Source: Octopus vulgaris | Taxonomy: Eukaryota | DNA: 64,000 nt | Direction: 5' to 3' | NCBI GenBank assembly: GCA_951406725.2 | Contig: OX597831.1 | Coordinates: 10,292,001 to 10,356,000 of the forward strand | Shown: in pieces, positions 41,822 through 56,030 of the stretch | How positions within the stretch are numbered: position 1 is the first letter of the stretch | How the letters are laid out: each line of letters starts with the position of its first letter | Made by a program: the position numbers and the translations under genes | Notes under the pieces: model-generated | Databases searched by the model: none | The model's input: the letters and a program-made list of their open reading frames with translations, nothing else | What the model was told of the DNA's origin: nothing

Positions 41822-42235
41822 ATACTCTATTACCCTTTTACTTGTTTCAGTCATCTGACAGCGACCATGCCGGAGCACCGCCTTTAAGTAGAGGAAATCG
41901 ACACCAGGACTTATGCTTTGTAAGCCGAGTGCATATTTTAGCGGTCTCTTTTGCCGAACCGCAAAGTTACGGAGATGTAAACACACCACACCAGCATCGG
42001 TTGTCAGGTGATGTTGGGGGGACAAACACAGGCACACAAACACACACACATATATATATATACATATATACGACGAGCTTCTTTCAGTTTCCGTCTACCA
42101 AATCCACTCACAAGGCTTTGGTCGGCCCGAGGCTATATTAGAAGACACTTGCCGAAGGTGCCACGCAGTAGGGCTGGACCCGGAACCATGTGGTTGGTAA
42201 GCAAGCTACTTCCCACACAGCCACTCCTGCGCCTA
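41822..42235 (-). mobile_element. SINE family B (OK-like)
   Basis: Near-full-length reverse complement of 9927-10340. Confidence 0.9.
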
Positions 42236-42743
42236 TAGTAGACAAGATGTTAGAAAGCCCCATATAGATGAAATTTTCTATGCTGATTCATGCTTAAAGA
42301 GTGGCGGTAGTCAAACACAGTTTGGCCTACCATCTGCCAGAGTCTTTTAGTTTTGCTAGCAACAATTTCGTAGACAGAACAAAGAAAAAAAGGATAACGA
42401 AAGTTATCCACTTTCAGCCCACGCGTGTATTTCTGTAAAGCAGGTTTGTAATTGTTATATTGCTTGACATTTATAAAATCTCTGTTTGTTTACTTCCGCG
42501 TAATTTCGCCGACTGACAGCCATTACAAATCACGTGGAACGAAAATAAAAGTTCAAAATATTCAATAAAAGACACAACAACGAAAGGAAATAAACTCTTT
42601 CTTATTTAATTACCTTTGTTTGGCTCAAACAAGTAAACACGTAAGATCATCCAGGTTTTGTAAACTCCTTGAAAAACAACTATGGAGAAGATGAAAAACA
42701 ATTCCGTTCAATATGGAATCCATTGCTGCTGTTACTGCTGCTG

Positions 42744-42744
<1 letters not shown>

Positions 42745-42784
<40 letters not shown>

Positions 42785-42785
42785 G

Positions 42786-42833
<48 letters not shown>
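42745..42833. repeat. (CTA)n microsatellite
   Basis: Directly visible. Confidence 0.95.
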
Positions 42834-42834
<1 letters not shown>

Positions 42835-43176
42835 AGATAATAATAATGTCTGTATTTTTGGCACAAGACCAGCAATTTGAGGCGAAAAAGGGCAAATCGA
42901 TCACTCATCTTTATCGCTCCCGATTGTAAATTTCCCCGCGGTTTGATTTGAACTCGGAACATAATGACCCAAAGTAAAAGCCTCATGAAGGTATTTTTCT
43001 CAGACACCCACAATAACTAAAGTAATGAAAACAATAGTAACTTACTAAAAGTTTTAGTTAATTTTCTTAATAGATTGGGACATTTATCTTATCGTATCGA
43101 CGAAATCTTTACTTGCTTGAATTTATTAACTAAACGTTTACCTAAAATAGAAAACGTTAGATAAGATAGAGACTGT

Positions 43177-43345
43177 AAACTTTGGGAATTGGTCTAGAAA
43201 TACACGAAGAGATTCTTATGAAGGGAAGAATCACTGATAAAGTTACAAGCACAAAAATGAATATGAAAACAAGAAGAGTAGTTAAAATCAGACAAATATT
43301 AAAAATGTAACGCAATTCTTAAAATAATATACTCGATAGACATTC
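43177..43345 (+). repeat. Local direct repeat; donor for the copy at 45038-45194
   Basis: AATTGGTCTAGAAATACACGAAGA..AAATCAGACAAATATTAAAAATGTA..ATAATATACTCGATAGA occurs at both positions. Confidence 0.9.
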
Positions 43346-44666
43346 GAGTTATAAACTACAATATCGGTATATTAAAATGAAAGTTAATCGAAGAGTCTAG
43401 ACAGAAGCACAGGAGGTTCCATGCAACGTTTCGTACTCCGCAGAGAAAGAGGCTGACTTTTGGCACAGGTACACGGTTAATCTAAAGTCTAAAGAAATGT
43501 GAGTAGGATGAAAAAAATACTTAGAATCAAAGAATATAAACTGATGTGTACAACGAGAAAACATGAAAGAAACACAATAATTTTCCACTTGTTTCAGTCT
43601 TTGGATTCCGATCGTGCGGCGAAGGGTTTAGTCATCCAAGACTACACCAGAATTCACTTGTATATTTGATGCTTACTCTATCACACTTCTTTTACCGAAC
43701 TGCAGGGTTACGGGGACACAATGACACAGGACCCTAGGCACTGAATTGGCGCAAATACATGAGAAAAGACCCAACATCACAACCACCACCACCACATATA
43801 TATGGCATATTTCTACCTTGTTTTCCTTTACCATATTCACTCACATGGCACCGTGTTTCTCTGGAGCCAAAGTAGAAAACATTTTCCCAAAATGCTACGA
43901 TGGAAAGCTTCTGAATAACACATTCATGTGTCAACGTTTATGAGGAAATAAATAAAACAAAAGTAGTATTAAACAATATTAACCATATCACATGACAAAG
44001 ACTATATGATACCAATGTCGGGCTTGCACGCCATGTCTGACATTTAGATTAAGGTAAAAGGCCCATATAATAATCATCGAGCCATACTGTTAGTACTTTC
44101 ATAAGCATCTCGATCCCATAATACGTAGATATCGCGCCAATAGATATTAACAAACTTTGATCGTACAATCGAATATTTATTGAAACAGCAGGGGTCGGTG
44201 TAGGAAAGCGAAGACAACAGCAATTTTAATATTGTAGTTATTCAGCAATGAAAAATAAATAATAGCGAACTTGAACAAACTTGAGATCATATTATTACAA
44301 TTATTGAAAAAGGCATGTCCACCATGGCCTCCATCTGTATACTTTATTTTATTGACCCAGAAAAGATGAAATGCAAAGTTGTCATCGGTGTGCTCTGAAC
44401 AAAGAAACTAAATAGCCGGAAGTAATACTACAGGGCATTTTATTTGAGTCGTTAATAAATCAACCAATCCAGCATTTCAAGAATATGCAACACAAAACTT
44501 GGGTTTTGGGGGATTCATCGACGATATCGATCTCAGTGTTTCACAGAGGATTTGTTTTATCGACCCCAGAGATTGATTATTATTAATAAACACTGCATAG
44601 GGCGGTGAGCTATCAGAATGGTCAGCATGCCGGGCAAAATGATTAGAGGTATTTCGTCCGTCTTAG

Positions 44667-45593
44667 ACACTGGGGAAGAGAAATGCTAGAGGCTTTGTGT
44701 ATATTATAGAAAAGTTTCCCAAATCACATGAAAGAGGTTATCTTTGTCGAACTCCAAATTGGAGAAGTACTCAAATATGTCAACTTCAAGACGACATTGG
44801 ATGAACTGGAACAGACTGGAATGCTTTCAATTGGATCTAAGAAATTTCGTTGGGCAACAAGAAGGCGATGAACAAGAATAGCATCAAGAACCTTCTGAAA
44901 TGTTACTCTCAACGGGTTGTCGCATGTCTCTGAAAGTTCACGTCTTGGACTCCCATCTGGATTTTCTCGCAGATAACCTCGGGGCAGTGTCTGATCAATA
45001 TGGTGAAATATTTCACCAGGACATTAGTGCTATGGAGAAACTTTGCGAATTGGTCTAGAAATACACGAAGATATTCTTATGAAAAGAAGAATCACTGATT
45101 CTTCTTACAGACACAGAATGAATATGAAAATAAGAAGAGTGTGAAAATCAGACAAATATTAAAAATGTACAAATAATATACTCGATAGATATTCCAGTGC
45201 TTCTGGAATGACAGCATGCTAACTACTGCTGGTTGCTTTACAGTGATCAACAATATCAGAACGCCACAGGAAAAATCCAAATCACAATGTTCCAAACTCT
45301 GTTATTCTAACTTTGTATTGTCTGACCCATTTTTATGTGTATTCACTCTTTGTAGAATGATAGTGATGATTTTTAACTCAATAAACTCATTTACATTTCC
45401 AAAAAATAATATTCCTTATTTATTACGCTAATGAGTTCTTATCTACGAACATGTAAATATTTGTATCTACTGGAAAACTGATACGTACTGCGTACAATTG
45501 AAGTGACATTTTGAAATCTGCATGGAATCTCCGTATAAAAAGTTGGTTTGCATTCATAATGAGTGTAGTATCTTTGATTTTCTTTAACCAGTG
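44667..45593 (+). mobile_element. Chapaev3-like (CMC) DNA transposon, 3' remnant
   Basis: Fragmented translation GFVYIIEKFPK..KEVIFVELQI..GCRMSLKVHVLDSHLDFLADNLGAVSDQYGEIFHQDISAMEK, then FQCFWNDSML..YCWLLYSD. Ends ..AACCAGTG|TTA (CAC-type TIR, TWA target). Superfamily name is from recall. Confidence 0.7.
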
Positions 45594-47467
45594 TTAGTAA
45601 TACATACTACAGACAAGAATGCGTATATTACCAGTGGTCGGTTCATAACTTAGGTCTTAATGCTTAGCAAAAAGTCGAGATATTCTGTCGATGAATTATT
45701 TCGAAATGGAGAGAGACTGTCGTTTTCATTTGTTGGCAGGATTGGCTGGTCTCTCCATATTATTGTCACTTACTTTCTTCCATTTTTTCTCCCTCACACA
45801 CATTCTTTCTCTCCCTCTCTCACACACATAAACTCGCACACACACACACACACTCTCTTTCTTTCTATCTCTGTTCCTATAATGAAAGATGTGTAGGTGT
45901 GTTCATGAACGAATATATGTGTATGTGTGTGCGAGGGTTCTATTATAAATATCTCTGACAGTAAAGCAGATTGCATACGTTTGTATAGCTTTGCTATTAC
46001 AGATAAAAGTCTATTTGTACAACGAACCAAGTCAACGATTAGTTGATATGTATTGGCAAATACATAGGTGATATTCCTTATCATAAATCACTGCAGCACA
46101 GAGATCACAAATCTCATGAGAGCTAATGTTTGCATTGCTAAATGTCTATGCACAAAGCAGTTTAATACTTGTCAGTAAGATATCCTGACCTGTTGTATAT
46201 TTATATGTAAATCATGTGAAACCTGTGTGTATTTTAAGATTGTTTAGCGTTTATTAGTATTCTCCTGCGAAGGGGGAGAGGGTTGGTGAATAGGCATTGG
46301 TAGAATGCCATATTCTTTTTAATTTTCAGTATCTAGACGCCAGTCTGCTGGTTTAAAATTCAAATAATAGTACAGTCTACTTTCCTCTGGAGTTGAAAAA
46401 CTATGTATTTGTAAGACCACAATTAATCAATTTTGACGTGTAGAGTATTTTCGCCGAAGCCTTAGATGATATGTGTCAACTGTTCTGTGGTTTATCACAC
46501 GTCTGTTGAAGCCCACATCACATTTTTTTACAGCTAAGTATTTAAAAATACTCAGGTCAATCCAAGCGTATATTTTTCGTTTCTGTTTAAACGAGCAGGT
46601 TTTTTTTTATTCTGTCGTAAAGTAGTGACTATTATTCTCGTCAAAACTATCTGGTAATCGTCCTCAACTCAACACAGCTAAGACTATGGTGCAATCAAAA
46701 ATAGTTCCATGAGTCTCACCACAATGTCCCATGGAAGCTGATATTCCCTCAGTTAATTGCTCTAATGTACAGTTACCTTCCTTCTTTCCGAGTCACTTCG
46801 GCCACGGGCACAGCTTATCACAAATAACTATTTGCATAATTCAACATCCCAAATTTATCCAAATATATAAATAAAGACAGAAAATTAGATTAGGAAATAG
46901 GGCCAAATATACTCCTAATTCACTAATCTATCAAAAACTGAAAAGATGTACTAACGAACGCAATGTATTTGGAACTTGTTCACCGTAACAAGCAACATGA
47001 TGCATAGTGAATTACCGTGGAGAGATTTTGGAAAGTGACCGTTGTATTCTTAATCTTGACGAAAAACTCGCATTATAATTCTTCTAATAAATATGCATTA
47101 AACTTAACACTATGATGTAACTCGCCGGATTGTTTGCGTGTTTCATCATGTCATAGCAGCAACAAATTTAACAGAGAATGACAAGGGTGTAAACAGTTTT
47201 ATTCCAAAAATCCCTTTGGTCACGACAGATGCGTTCTTCCAATTTAGTTGCCAGTAAGCCTTTCATTTGCAATCAGCATCAAGAAATTCATGCCATCCAT
47301 TTCCTATTAGAATCACATTATTTTAATCATGTTAAATTGTGCCCTGAGTTTTCCGTTTATAACAACCTAACAAGAATACGTTTTATGTAGCTGCGGACAC
47401 AAGACAGTAAGAAAGTCTAACATACGAGGTTCTGCAGTAGATAAATAATTCGAAGTGCAGAAATTAT

Positions 47468-47570
47468 TATTTAAACGATGGATAATTTATTATTATTTAT
47501 TTTATTATTATTTAAACGATGCGTATTTTATTATTATTTATTTTATCATTATTTAAACGATGTATATTTT
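47468..47570. repeat. ~42-bp AT-rich minisatellite, ~2.5 units
   Basis: TATTTAAACGATG recurs three times at ~42-bp spacing. Confidence 0.7.
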
Positions 47571-48726
47571 TCCACGGAGAAGGAAACTAAATTAAGGGTA
47601 ACGTTTAATTATAATTTGTATATTGAATTTTGTACAATTTTACGAAAAATTCATAAGATCGAATCCCTATCTTCAGACAGAATACAACCTCAACTAAGAC
47701 ATATGTTTTGAATCCCTACATAATGTTCTCTTTGGTAGTATTTAGTGCATTGTGAGAGTACAGAATATTGAAATATCGATCTATTGTGAATTCAAATTGA
47801 GCATCAGTGATATTAACATGTATATGCTTTACTTCAATGAGAGACTACCATTTTGTTACAGGAGATAAAAAACGGATAGAAATAAGAAAAGAATAGAAGC
47901 ATATATACATAACTTGTGCAGCAAGACACTGCTTATCCCTTATATGGTACCATATTCAAGTGGCTTTGCCTTTATTAAGTTTTGAGAACTAATCAATGGC
48001 TTTACATCTAGCAAATGCTTGTCATTTAACATTTAAATATTCCCATGGGTGCAGCGATCTGCCAGGATATTCTTCGCAGCGTAGAGGAAGCACCGTCACT
48101 TCCATGTTAATGTGTTAAGAATGAATGCGAACGCCAATGTTAAGATTTTCATTCTTTAACAAACTCATAACTGTTTAATATCGCCATAGCAGATATCAGC
48201 AAATAATGTTCTCTTTTTTTTTTTTTTTTGCTTTTTTTATTTCAAATTCAATAAACAATATCGAGAATTCGTGTTTAGATTTAGAAATCTGGAGGTTTAC
48301 TTAAAGTGATAAGATCGTGTCGAATCACCGGTTTGTTATTGCTTGTCCGCGTCACAAATCTTCACTGCAGCCAATGTACATTGAAGGGGAAAACCGTTCT
48401 CCGAAAACGAAACAGCAGAGACCAAAGAGAGAGAGAGATATAGAGGGGGACAGAGAGCAATAAGAAAATGGAGGGGATCAACTTTTAGACATTATATTAT
48501 GTCAATTTATTTATTTACTAATATTACATTTGCAACAATGTGCATACATGTATAACATATTATGCTTTACATAGATAATATAAAGATACCAGTAATTATT
48601 AGAATATATAGCATAAAGGAATAGAAATTGGGAATATATGTTACAGCTGTTTCAGCCAAGAGGCAAAAATACCCCATTCTAGCTTTATCACTCAAGGAGA
48701 TATATATGTATGTATATATAAATATA

Positions 48727-48832
<106 letters not shown>

Positions 48833-49051
48833 GTGTGCGTGTGTTTGTGTTTGTGTGTGTGTGAATGTATGTGTGTGTACCTGTATGTGTGTGTATATAT
48901 GTAGGTTCCTCATGTATATGCAGTTTGATTCTTAAATAACTAAAATAAAATTTTAAATACATTGATTTCGTAAATTACAATATTACTCCTCTATTAACTC
49001 TCATACCTCTGTTTATATTTTATCTAATATGAATAATATAATGCATCTAAA

Positions 49052-49237
<186 letters not shown>

Positions 49238-49240
<3 letters not shown>

Positions 49241-49738
49241 GAATATATTCACAGACATGACAGAGTTGGAACTTACATACATTGGAAGCTATGCCAACAT
49301 TATGGAATAACAACAGAAAAAAGATGGTATAGGCACACACCAGAAAAGGTCACAGAAAACGAGAAAGCAACCATACTCTGGGATATGCCGATACACACAG
49401 ATAGAGAAATTAAGGCCAACAGACCAGATATAGTTGTCAGAGACCATGAAGAAAAAAAATGCTTTCTAATTGATGTATCAGTACCGGCAGATGACAACGT
49501 GTCTCTAAAAGAAATGGAGAAACTCTCAAAATACAAAGACCTGGAAATAGAGGTAACTAGAATGTGGAATCTGAAAACAGAAACAATTCCTATCATAGTA
49601 GGTGCATTAGGCATGATAAAAAAATATTCAGACAAATACATAACAAAAACACCAGGACTTACAAACACATATAACATACAGAAAATTGCACTACTAGGCA
49701 CTGCACACATCCTACGCAGAACACTTTCCATACAATAA
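49238..49738 (+). CDS. C-terminal restriction-like endonuclease (RLE) domain fragment of an R4/Dong LINE
   Basis: Open frame KEYIHRHDRVGTYIHWKLC..ILWDMPIHTDREIKANRPDIVV..CFLIDVSVP..EKLSKYKDL..PIIVGALG: RH, PD..D and K..KY motifs. No native start codon, so not an expressed gene. Confidence 0.85.
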
Positions 49739-49841
49739 CCATCAGAGCATCACAACAAATCACAGCACATACCCAAGGCACACAGAGCTGCGCTCGGTAG
49801 TGAAGTGAAAGCACGCTATAAAAATAAAAATAAAACTACTG
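49238..49841 (+). mobile_element. 5'-truncated R4/Dong-clade non-LTR retrotransposon
   Basis: C-terminal ORF plus ~100-bp 3' UTR followed by (AAT)n, inserted in a (TAA)n tract, the known Dong target. Confidence 0.88.
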
Positions 49842-50025
49842 AATAATAATAATAATAATGATAATGATAATTGATTCCTGTGTATGCATATACATGCAAA
49901 TATGTTTTGTACATTTAAGTGTAGGTATATGCATTTATGTATATTTATGTATATGTATGTATATGTATAAGTATGTATATGTGTGCGTATTTATATTTAT
50001 AACGTAACCTTATGCACTTTCTAAA

Positions 50026-50144
50026 ATCTCTGACGAAGCCTAAAGAAACACCGAAGCAGTTTCATCTACTAATTACTTCAGTCTCCTGGAGTGATAAAGG
50101 TAGAATTAGGTATTTTTGCCTCTTGGCTGAAACAGCTGTAAGAT
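50026..50144 (+). ncRNA. Type I hammerhead ribozyme with long stem II insert
   Basis: aucu CUGACGA agcc [~84 nt] ggcu GAA ACAGCUGU A agau. Intact core, GUA triplet, palindromic stem III. Confidence 0.75.
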
Positions 50145-50514
50145 ATTAACCCAATTTCTAATCCTGTATGTTATATATTCTAATAATTACTGGTATCTTT
50201 ATAGTATATATGTAAAGCATAATATGTTATACATGTATGTATATTGTTGCAATTGTAATATTAGTAAATAAATAAATTGACATAATATAATGTCTAAAAG
50301 TTGATGAATACCACCTGTTAATCTCCTCCGTTTTCATATTGCTCTTTAAATTAATGGTAAAATATCTCTTTACCTTCACCCATTTATAACACTCGGTAAT
50401 GTAATTGCAATGCAATAAGAAAAAAACAATTGTGTATTCATAATTGGGTATTCTACCAGCATTATATTGGATAGATATTATCCCTTAGTTGGTTGGATTC
50501 ACAATCATAAAATA

Positions 50515-50564
<50 letters not shown>

Positions 50565-50876
50565 TATGTATATATCCACACACACGTATACACGCACATA
50601 CGCATATGTATACAGATGAAGTCGTCGATAATAAAAACACACACACACACACACATATATATAGTGAAAAATAGTTTGATAGTGTAGAATTATCCCGCAA
50701 CCAATGAGCGCTTAATAAAAACACATAAATATGTGGCATAAAGTATGCGGTTTATACACACACGTACCCACTCTCATATACAGATAAATAGACAGACGGA
50801 CTTATAGATAAACAGGCACACAGAGACATCAGGCAAGGAGATAGATAGATATACAGACACACACACACACACACAG

Positions 50877-50926
<50 letters not shown>

Positions 50927-50939
50927 ATAGATAGATAAG

Positions 50940-51149
50940 TTTCTTTATTGGCCACACAGGGCTGCACACTGATGGGGCAAGTTACAAGGTTGAGCTTTTC
51001 TTTTGGGAGATGAAAGGAAAAAAAAAGGTAGCGTAGGTTTTCGATCAATAGGGATCGTGTATCACAGTGTCATGATGTATGGTGTAAAGGGGAAAGCAAG
51101 TAAGGTTTATCCGTGGGAAGAAAAGCCTACAAAAAGACCACGGTAACCT
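50940..51149 (-). mobile_element. 5'-truncated LINE 3' UTR fragment
   Basis: Minus strand ends ..GCAGCCCTGTGTGGCCAATAAAGAAA. Flanked by TGGATAGATAGAT on both sides in a (GATA)n tract. Confidence 0.6.
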
Positions 51150-51171
51150 TGGATAGATAGATCGATAGATC

Positions 51172-51206
<35 letters not shown>

Positions 51207-52709
51207 TGACAGATAGATAAATAGATCTTTTTGGAATTCTGCTTTTCTGTGTTGAAATGTGTGTGGCTATATTTTGTATTATTAAATTTGTTTGAGTTTG
51301 TTATTTTATAAAAGTTTATACTAGATAAAACTATATCCAAATTCTGCGATAGCCCTCTATGATGGGGGAAATTATATAAACGAAAGTCATTTTCTATATT
51401 TAAAGCAAATATATGAAAAGATATATAAAATCAAAGGGAAAAATATATTCCTAATTTTCTAAATCCAATCATTTCTGGCGCCCATTCTACGACTTATATT
51501 TAATATATCACCATTTGGCTTTTACTTTGGTTATGTAATTCATAGGTTTTCTGTTTTTGATTCTGTATCATCGTGAGCTAAAAGTTATATCTACTTAATT
51601 AAAATACTTTCTATGTTTATCTGTTAACATATTAGCTAAATCAGTTTGTTCGCAAAAGTAGCAAAAATAAGAGGATTATTTCATTGAACGTACACATAAC
51701 ACTATATATCAGACATCTGTACAGCAAAATAAATATATAAAAAATCTTATATATTGTTGTACATAACAAGTATCAAATACAAAATATATTATATTCAAAC
51801 TACTATAGACACACATATTTGTATATTTTCCTTTTAGATTTAATAATTTATTTTACCATTTGTTTTATACGTCACTTTTTTCGCATTGTTATTTATCTTA
51901 AAAATAATGAATTGTCTCTATTAAAATAGTCGATGTATATAAAAGAAATGTGTGATTGCGCATTCATTTATATATGCATAAAGATATATATATATATATA
52001 TATATGCATATGTATACGTACATACATGCATTCATATATACATACATATATATATATATATATATGAGTGTGACTGTACGTCTGGATATCTGTGTGTGCG
52101 TTTGTCTGTGTAGCTAAATAAATGAATGTATGTAGATATGTATATCTATACCTACATATATATATATAATATACATGTGTATATCGTTTTAAAGTTGGTG
52201 TGTTTATATTGTTGTGGTTTACTTGGAAATGTCAAATGAAAGACTGTTATTGCTTGCAGGTATTTATACACTGTTTTGTATTTCTTCTCACTTTAGAAGG
52301 CTAGACATCGACTAATCTGTGTTTTGTGTTTTCATCGTAAAATAACTTAACTCTACTTAAGCACAATTTTTAAATGATGAACTCTTAATATGTGCACTAC
52401 TTTTGATATTTTTTTCTGTTTTACTGTCTTATTGTGACCGCAGATATATAAATCGAGAAAACACTTGTCTGGAAATATGAATGGTTAAGCTTTCTTCAAT
52501 TAAAACAAAATGTTTACGTTTCTGTTTCCACACAAAAGTTTCCTTGTTTATGTAAGTTCATTGCTGTGTAGTTTCAAATATATTTCGACGAGGAATAATT
52601 TTGAAAGTAATTTTGGATAATTGACAAAGAAATGTGGTACCTCCCGGAAATATTCAGGTGAAATGATAGATTTGCTACCTAGGTATATATGTCATGGTCA
52701 ACCCATATT

Positions 52710-53024
52710 GGTGAAGGCGCGTGGCTTAGTGGTTACGATATTCGCCACACAATCGTAAAATCGTAAGTTCGATTCCCGGTGGCAGTTTGTTTCCTTGAGC
52801 AAGACTCTTTATATCACATTGTTCTAGTTCATTCAGCTGGCAAAAATGAGTTGTGCCTGTATTTCAAAGTTTGTATCATGCTGAATCTCATTAAGAACTA
52901 CCTAATGTATATGCGTGTCTGTGTAATGCTCAGCCACGTGCAAGTCAATTTTTCGAGCAGGCTGTGCCGTGTCCCATTGATCGGATCAACAAGAACGCTT
53001 GTCGTCGTAAGCGGCGGAGTGTCA
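52710..53024 (+). mobile_element. tRNA-derived SINE, OR2-like
   Basis: GGCGCGTGGCTTAGTGG A box, GTTCGATTCC B box, TCCTTGAGCAAGAC CORE-like segment, and the shared OR tail. Confidence 0.8.
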
Positions 53025-53179
53025 GTTCAAGACCTGTACTAGAATACATAAGTCTTAGCAGTCCATTTCCGCCCGTTTAAGGTATTACAGAAAACTTTTT
53101 ATTTCCTGTTCATTGAGGCTGGGGCCATGGCTGCAAGTACGAGAATTGCTACAATAACCTATTAAATAACTCTAATATA

Positions 53180-53405
53180 TACTCTTTACTCTTTTACTCT
53201 TTTACTTGTTTCAGTCATTTGACTGCGGCCATGCTGGAACAACCACCTTTTGTCGAGCAAATCGACCCCGGGACTTATTCTTTGTAACCCAGTACTTATT
53301 CTATCGGTCTGTTTTGCCGAACCGCTAAGTGACGGGGACGTAAACACACACCAGCATCGGTTGTCAAGCAATGCTAGGGGTACAAACACAGACACACAAA
53401 CACAG

Positions 53406-53446
<41 letters not shown>

Positions 53447-53610
53447 TACGACAGGCTTCTTTCAGTTTTCGTCTACCAAATCCACTCACAAGGCATTGGT
53501 CTGCCCGGGGCTATAGCAGAAGACACTTGCCCAAGATGCCACGCAGTGGGACTGAACCCAGAACCATGAGGTTGGTTAGCAAGCTACTTACCACACAGCC
53601 ACTCCTGCGC
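53180..53610 (-). mobile_element. SINE family B (OK-like)
   Basis: Near-full-length copy with a (TAAAAGAG)n tail on the minus strand. Confidence 0.9.
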
Positions 53611-53892
53611 TTATGTGGTAGATTTTCTGCTTACTTTGTTGACGTTGTTTAACCTCTTATCAGACTTTGTTGAATTGTTGTATTGTTATTTACTCTTTGA
53701 TTTACTTGACCTATGATAACTGGGTGTGATACTCCAGACAGATTTTCTGTGAGTATATATAAATCTATGCAATATGTATACATTTGTGCAGAACGACATT
53801 ATGCATTTGCTTGAGTGGGAGTTAACTATTACTTCCACCCGGTTTAGAGGTATTACAGAGGTTTCTTTTGACTAAGTATTATGTGGTTGTAT

Positions 53893-54277
53893 TGTGGAGG
53901 CGCAATGGCCCAGTAGTTAGGACAGCGGAATCGCGGTCATAGGATCGCGGTTTCGATTCCCAGACCGGGCGTTGTGAGTGTTTATTGAGCGAAAACACCT
54001 AAAGCACCACGCGGCTCCGGCAGGGGATGGTGGTGATCCCTGCTGTACTCTTTCACCACAACTTTCTCTCACTCTTACTTCCTGTTTCTGTTGTACCTGT
54101 ATTTCAAAGGGCCGGCCTTGTCACTCTCTGTGTCACGCTGAATATCCCCGAGAACTACGTTAAGGGTAAACGTGTCTGTGGAGTGCTCAGCCACTTACAC
54201 GTTAATTTCACGAGCAGGCTGTTCCGTTGATTCGGATCAACCGGAACCCTCGTCGTCGAAACCGACGGAGTGCTTCC
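53893..54277 (+). mobile_element. tRNA(Arg)-derived SINE, OR1-like (~385 bp)
   Basis: GGAGGCGCAATGGCCCAGTAG head, TTCGATTCC B box, 12-bp TSD ATGTGGTTGTAT. Confidence 0.85.
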
Positions 54278-55873
54278 ATGTGGTTGTATCAAGTAAGGAT
54301 TAATAAAACGAGAAATATAGATGCCAATAGATTTCAAGCGTAGAATTTCAAATCCTGCAGCGCTTCTTTATTTTATGTGGTAATTTGAAATTTTCTGATT
54401 TCTCCCGTTCTCCATTTTGTGAGAACATTTCATTAATTAACACTAATGAAGTTTTGGTTCATTACGGTTGTACTTTGACTTGATTAAAATTTATCTTCAA
54501 CTCTCCACATCATGTCCAGTATCTTCCACTTAAATGCACGCTCTTCAAACAGAACACGGACAAATGAAAATGTCTAGTTTCATTAAATATATATATATAT
54601 TTAATAGTATTATCATTATTACTACAATGTCACCGTTGCAGGACCTAGCAATAAATTGCTACTCCTCGAGATCCTGTCGCAACTACTTACACTTCAGCAC
54701 TGTATTTGCACTTTCCTCTCCTGTTGATTTTATGCGAGTTTTCTATCTTAATGTATCTCGTCAAAGAGACTATGGTCTGAAAGTGGCTGAGTAAAGTGAT
54801 TCTTGACACCCACACGCCACTAGAATCATAATGAATACAATTTACTCGGGTATCTTAAATTCTTCTTTTTCGTTTTGGTTTGTTCTGTAGTGGTTTAGTG
54901 GATATCTGTTGATACTTCTTCCTCTTATCTCCGCATCAGTATGTTGCATCCCGCCTGTCTCTCTATCAACGTTTTCACCTTTATCTATTTTTCTTCCTTT
55001 TTGCTTTCACATGCAAGATGGAAATAGCTAAAAGTATATAGTGTTTCTTGTACTTTCTCGCTGCATTTTTTTAAATGTATCATCTATTTTGACAAACAGT
55101 TTGTAATAAATACGTTTTATTTACATTAAAATGCTATTAAAATACATGTAAACTATAAAAGAAAAACGTCGAAGGATCTGAATAACAAATCTAAGTGAAT
55201 AATTATACCGATGGAATAAATTGATGAGCAAAATAAAACAAGACAAAAAATATTCAACTTCAGTGTTAGTTAACTTTATATTTCAATAGAAAGTTGTTTG
55301 GAGTTTGATTTAGTTTCATTCAACTAATGGATATGTTTGCTGTGAAATAAAAAAAAAAAATAAGGACAGGAAAAATCTCAAAATACAATTGTGATTGTTA
55401 AACTCTATTATGATAAGTGAGATTACATCAAATAAAGAATTTACAAAAATGTGTAAAACGTTTCAACCAACAAGTTTTTGTACAGCTGTGGTGTGCCTGC
55501 GTGCAAATATGGGAGAGAGTGTGTGCGTTTAGGTGTATCTGAGCTTGGGCGTGTATGGAGGTAAAACTAAGACATCTAAGACTTTTATTCAACCAATCGT
55601 TTTGTAGTAAAATGGAAAATTAGCTGGTAGTAACAGCGCTCGTAACGTAGCAGTTCATAGCCTTATTTATCATAGACCTTTCTATATCAGACACCATACT
55701 TTTTCGCTATAGGTGGCATGTACTGATAACTGTTTACCCCTATCTATTATTATATGATTGTTTGTGTGTGTGTGTGTGTGTGAATGTGTGTATACATAGA
55801 CACACACACATATATATATATATATACGTATGTATTAATATAAATATATAAACACACACACACAAACACACAG

Positions 55874-55909
<36 letters not shown>

Positions 55910-55998
55910 GTATGTGTGTGTTTGTGTGAGTGTGAGTGCATATATATATATATATTTATGTAGGTATCTTTGTATGTATGAAAACACATATATACATC

Positions 55999-56030
<32 letters not shown>

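Noticed and set aside
49300-49731. 143-aa minus-strand ORF
   Set aside because: Antisense shadow of the Dong RLE frame.
53893-53970. tRNA-like sequence here and at other SINE heads
   Set aside because: No complete cloverleaf, and it continues into a SINE body with a TSD, so it is not a tRNA gene.
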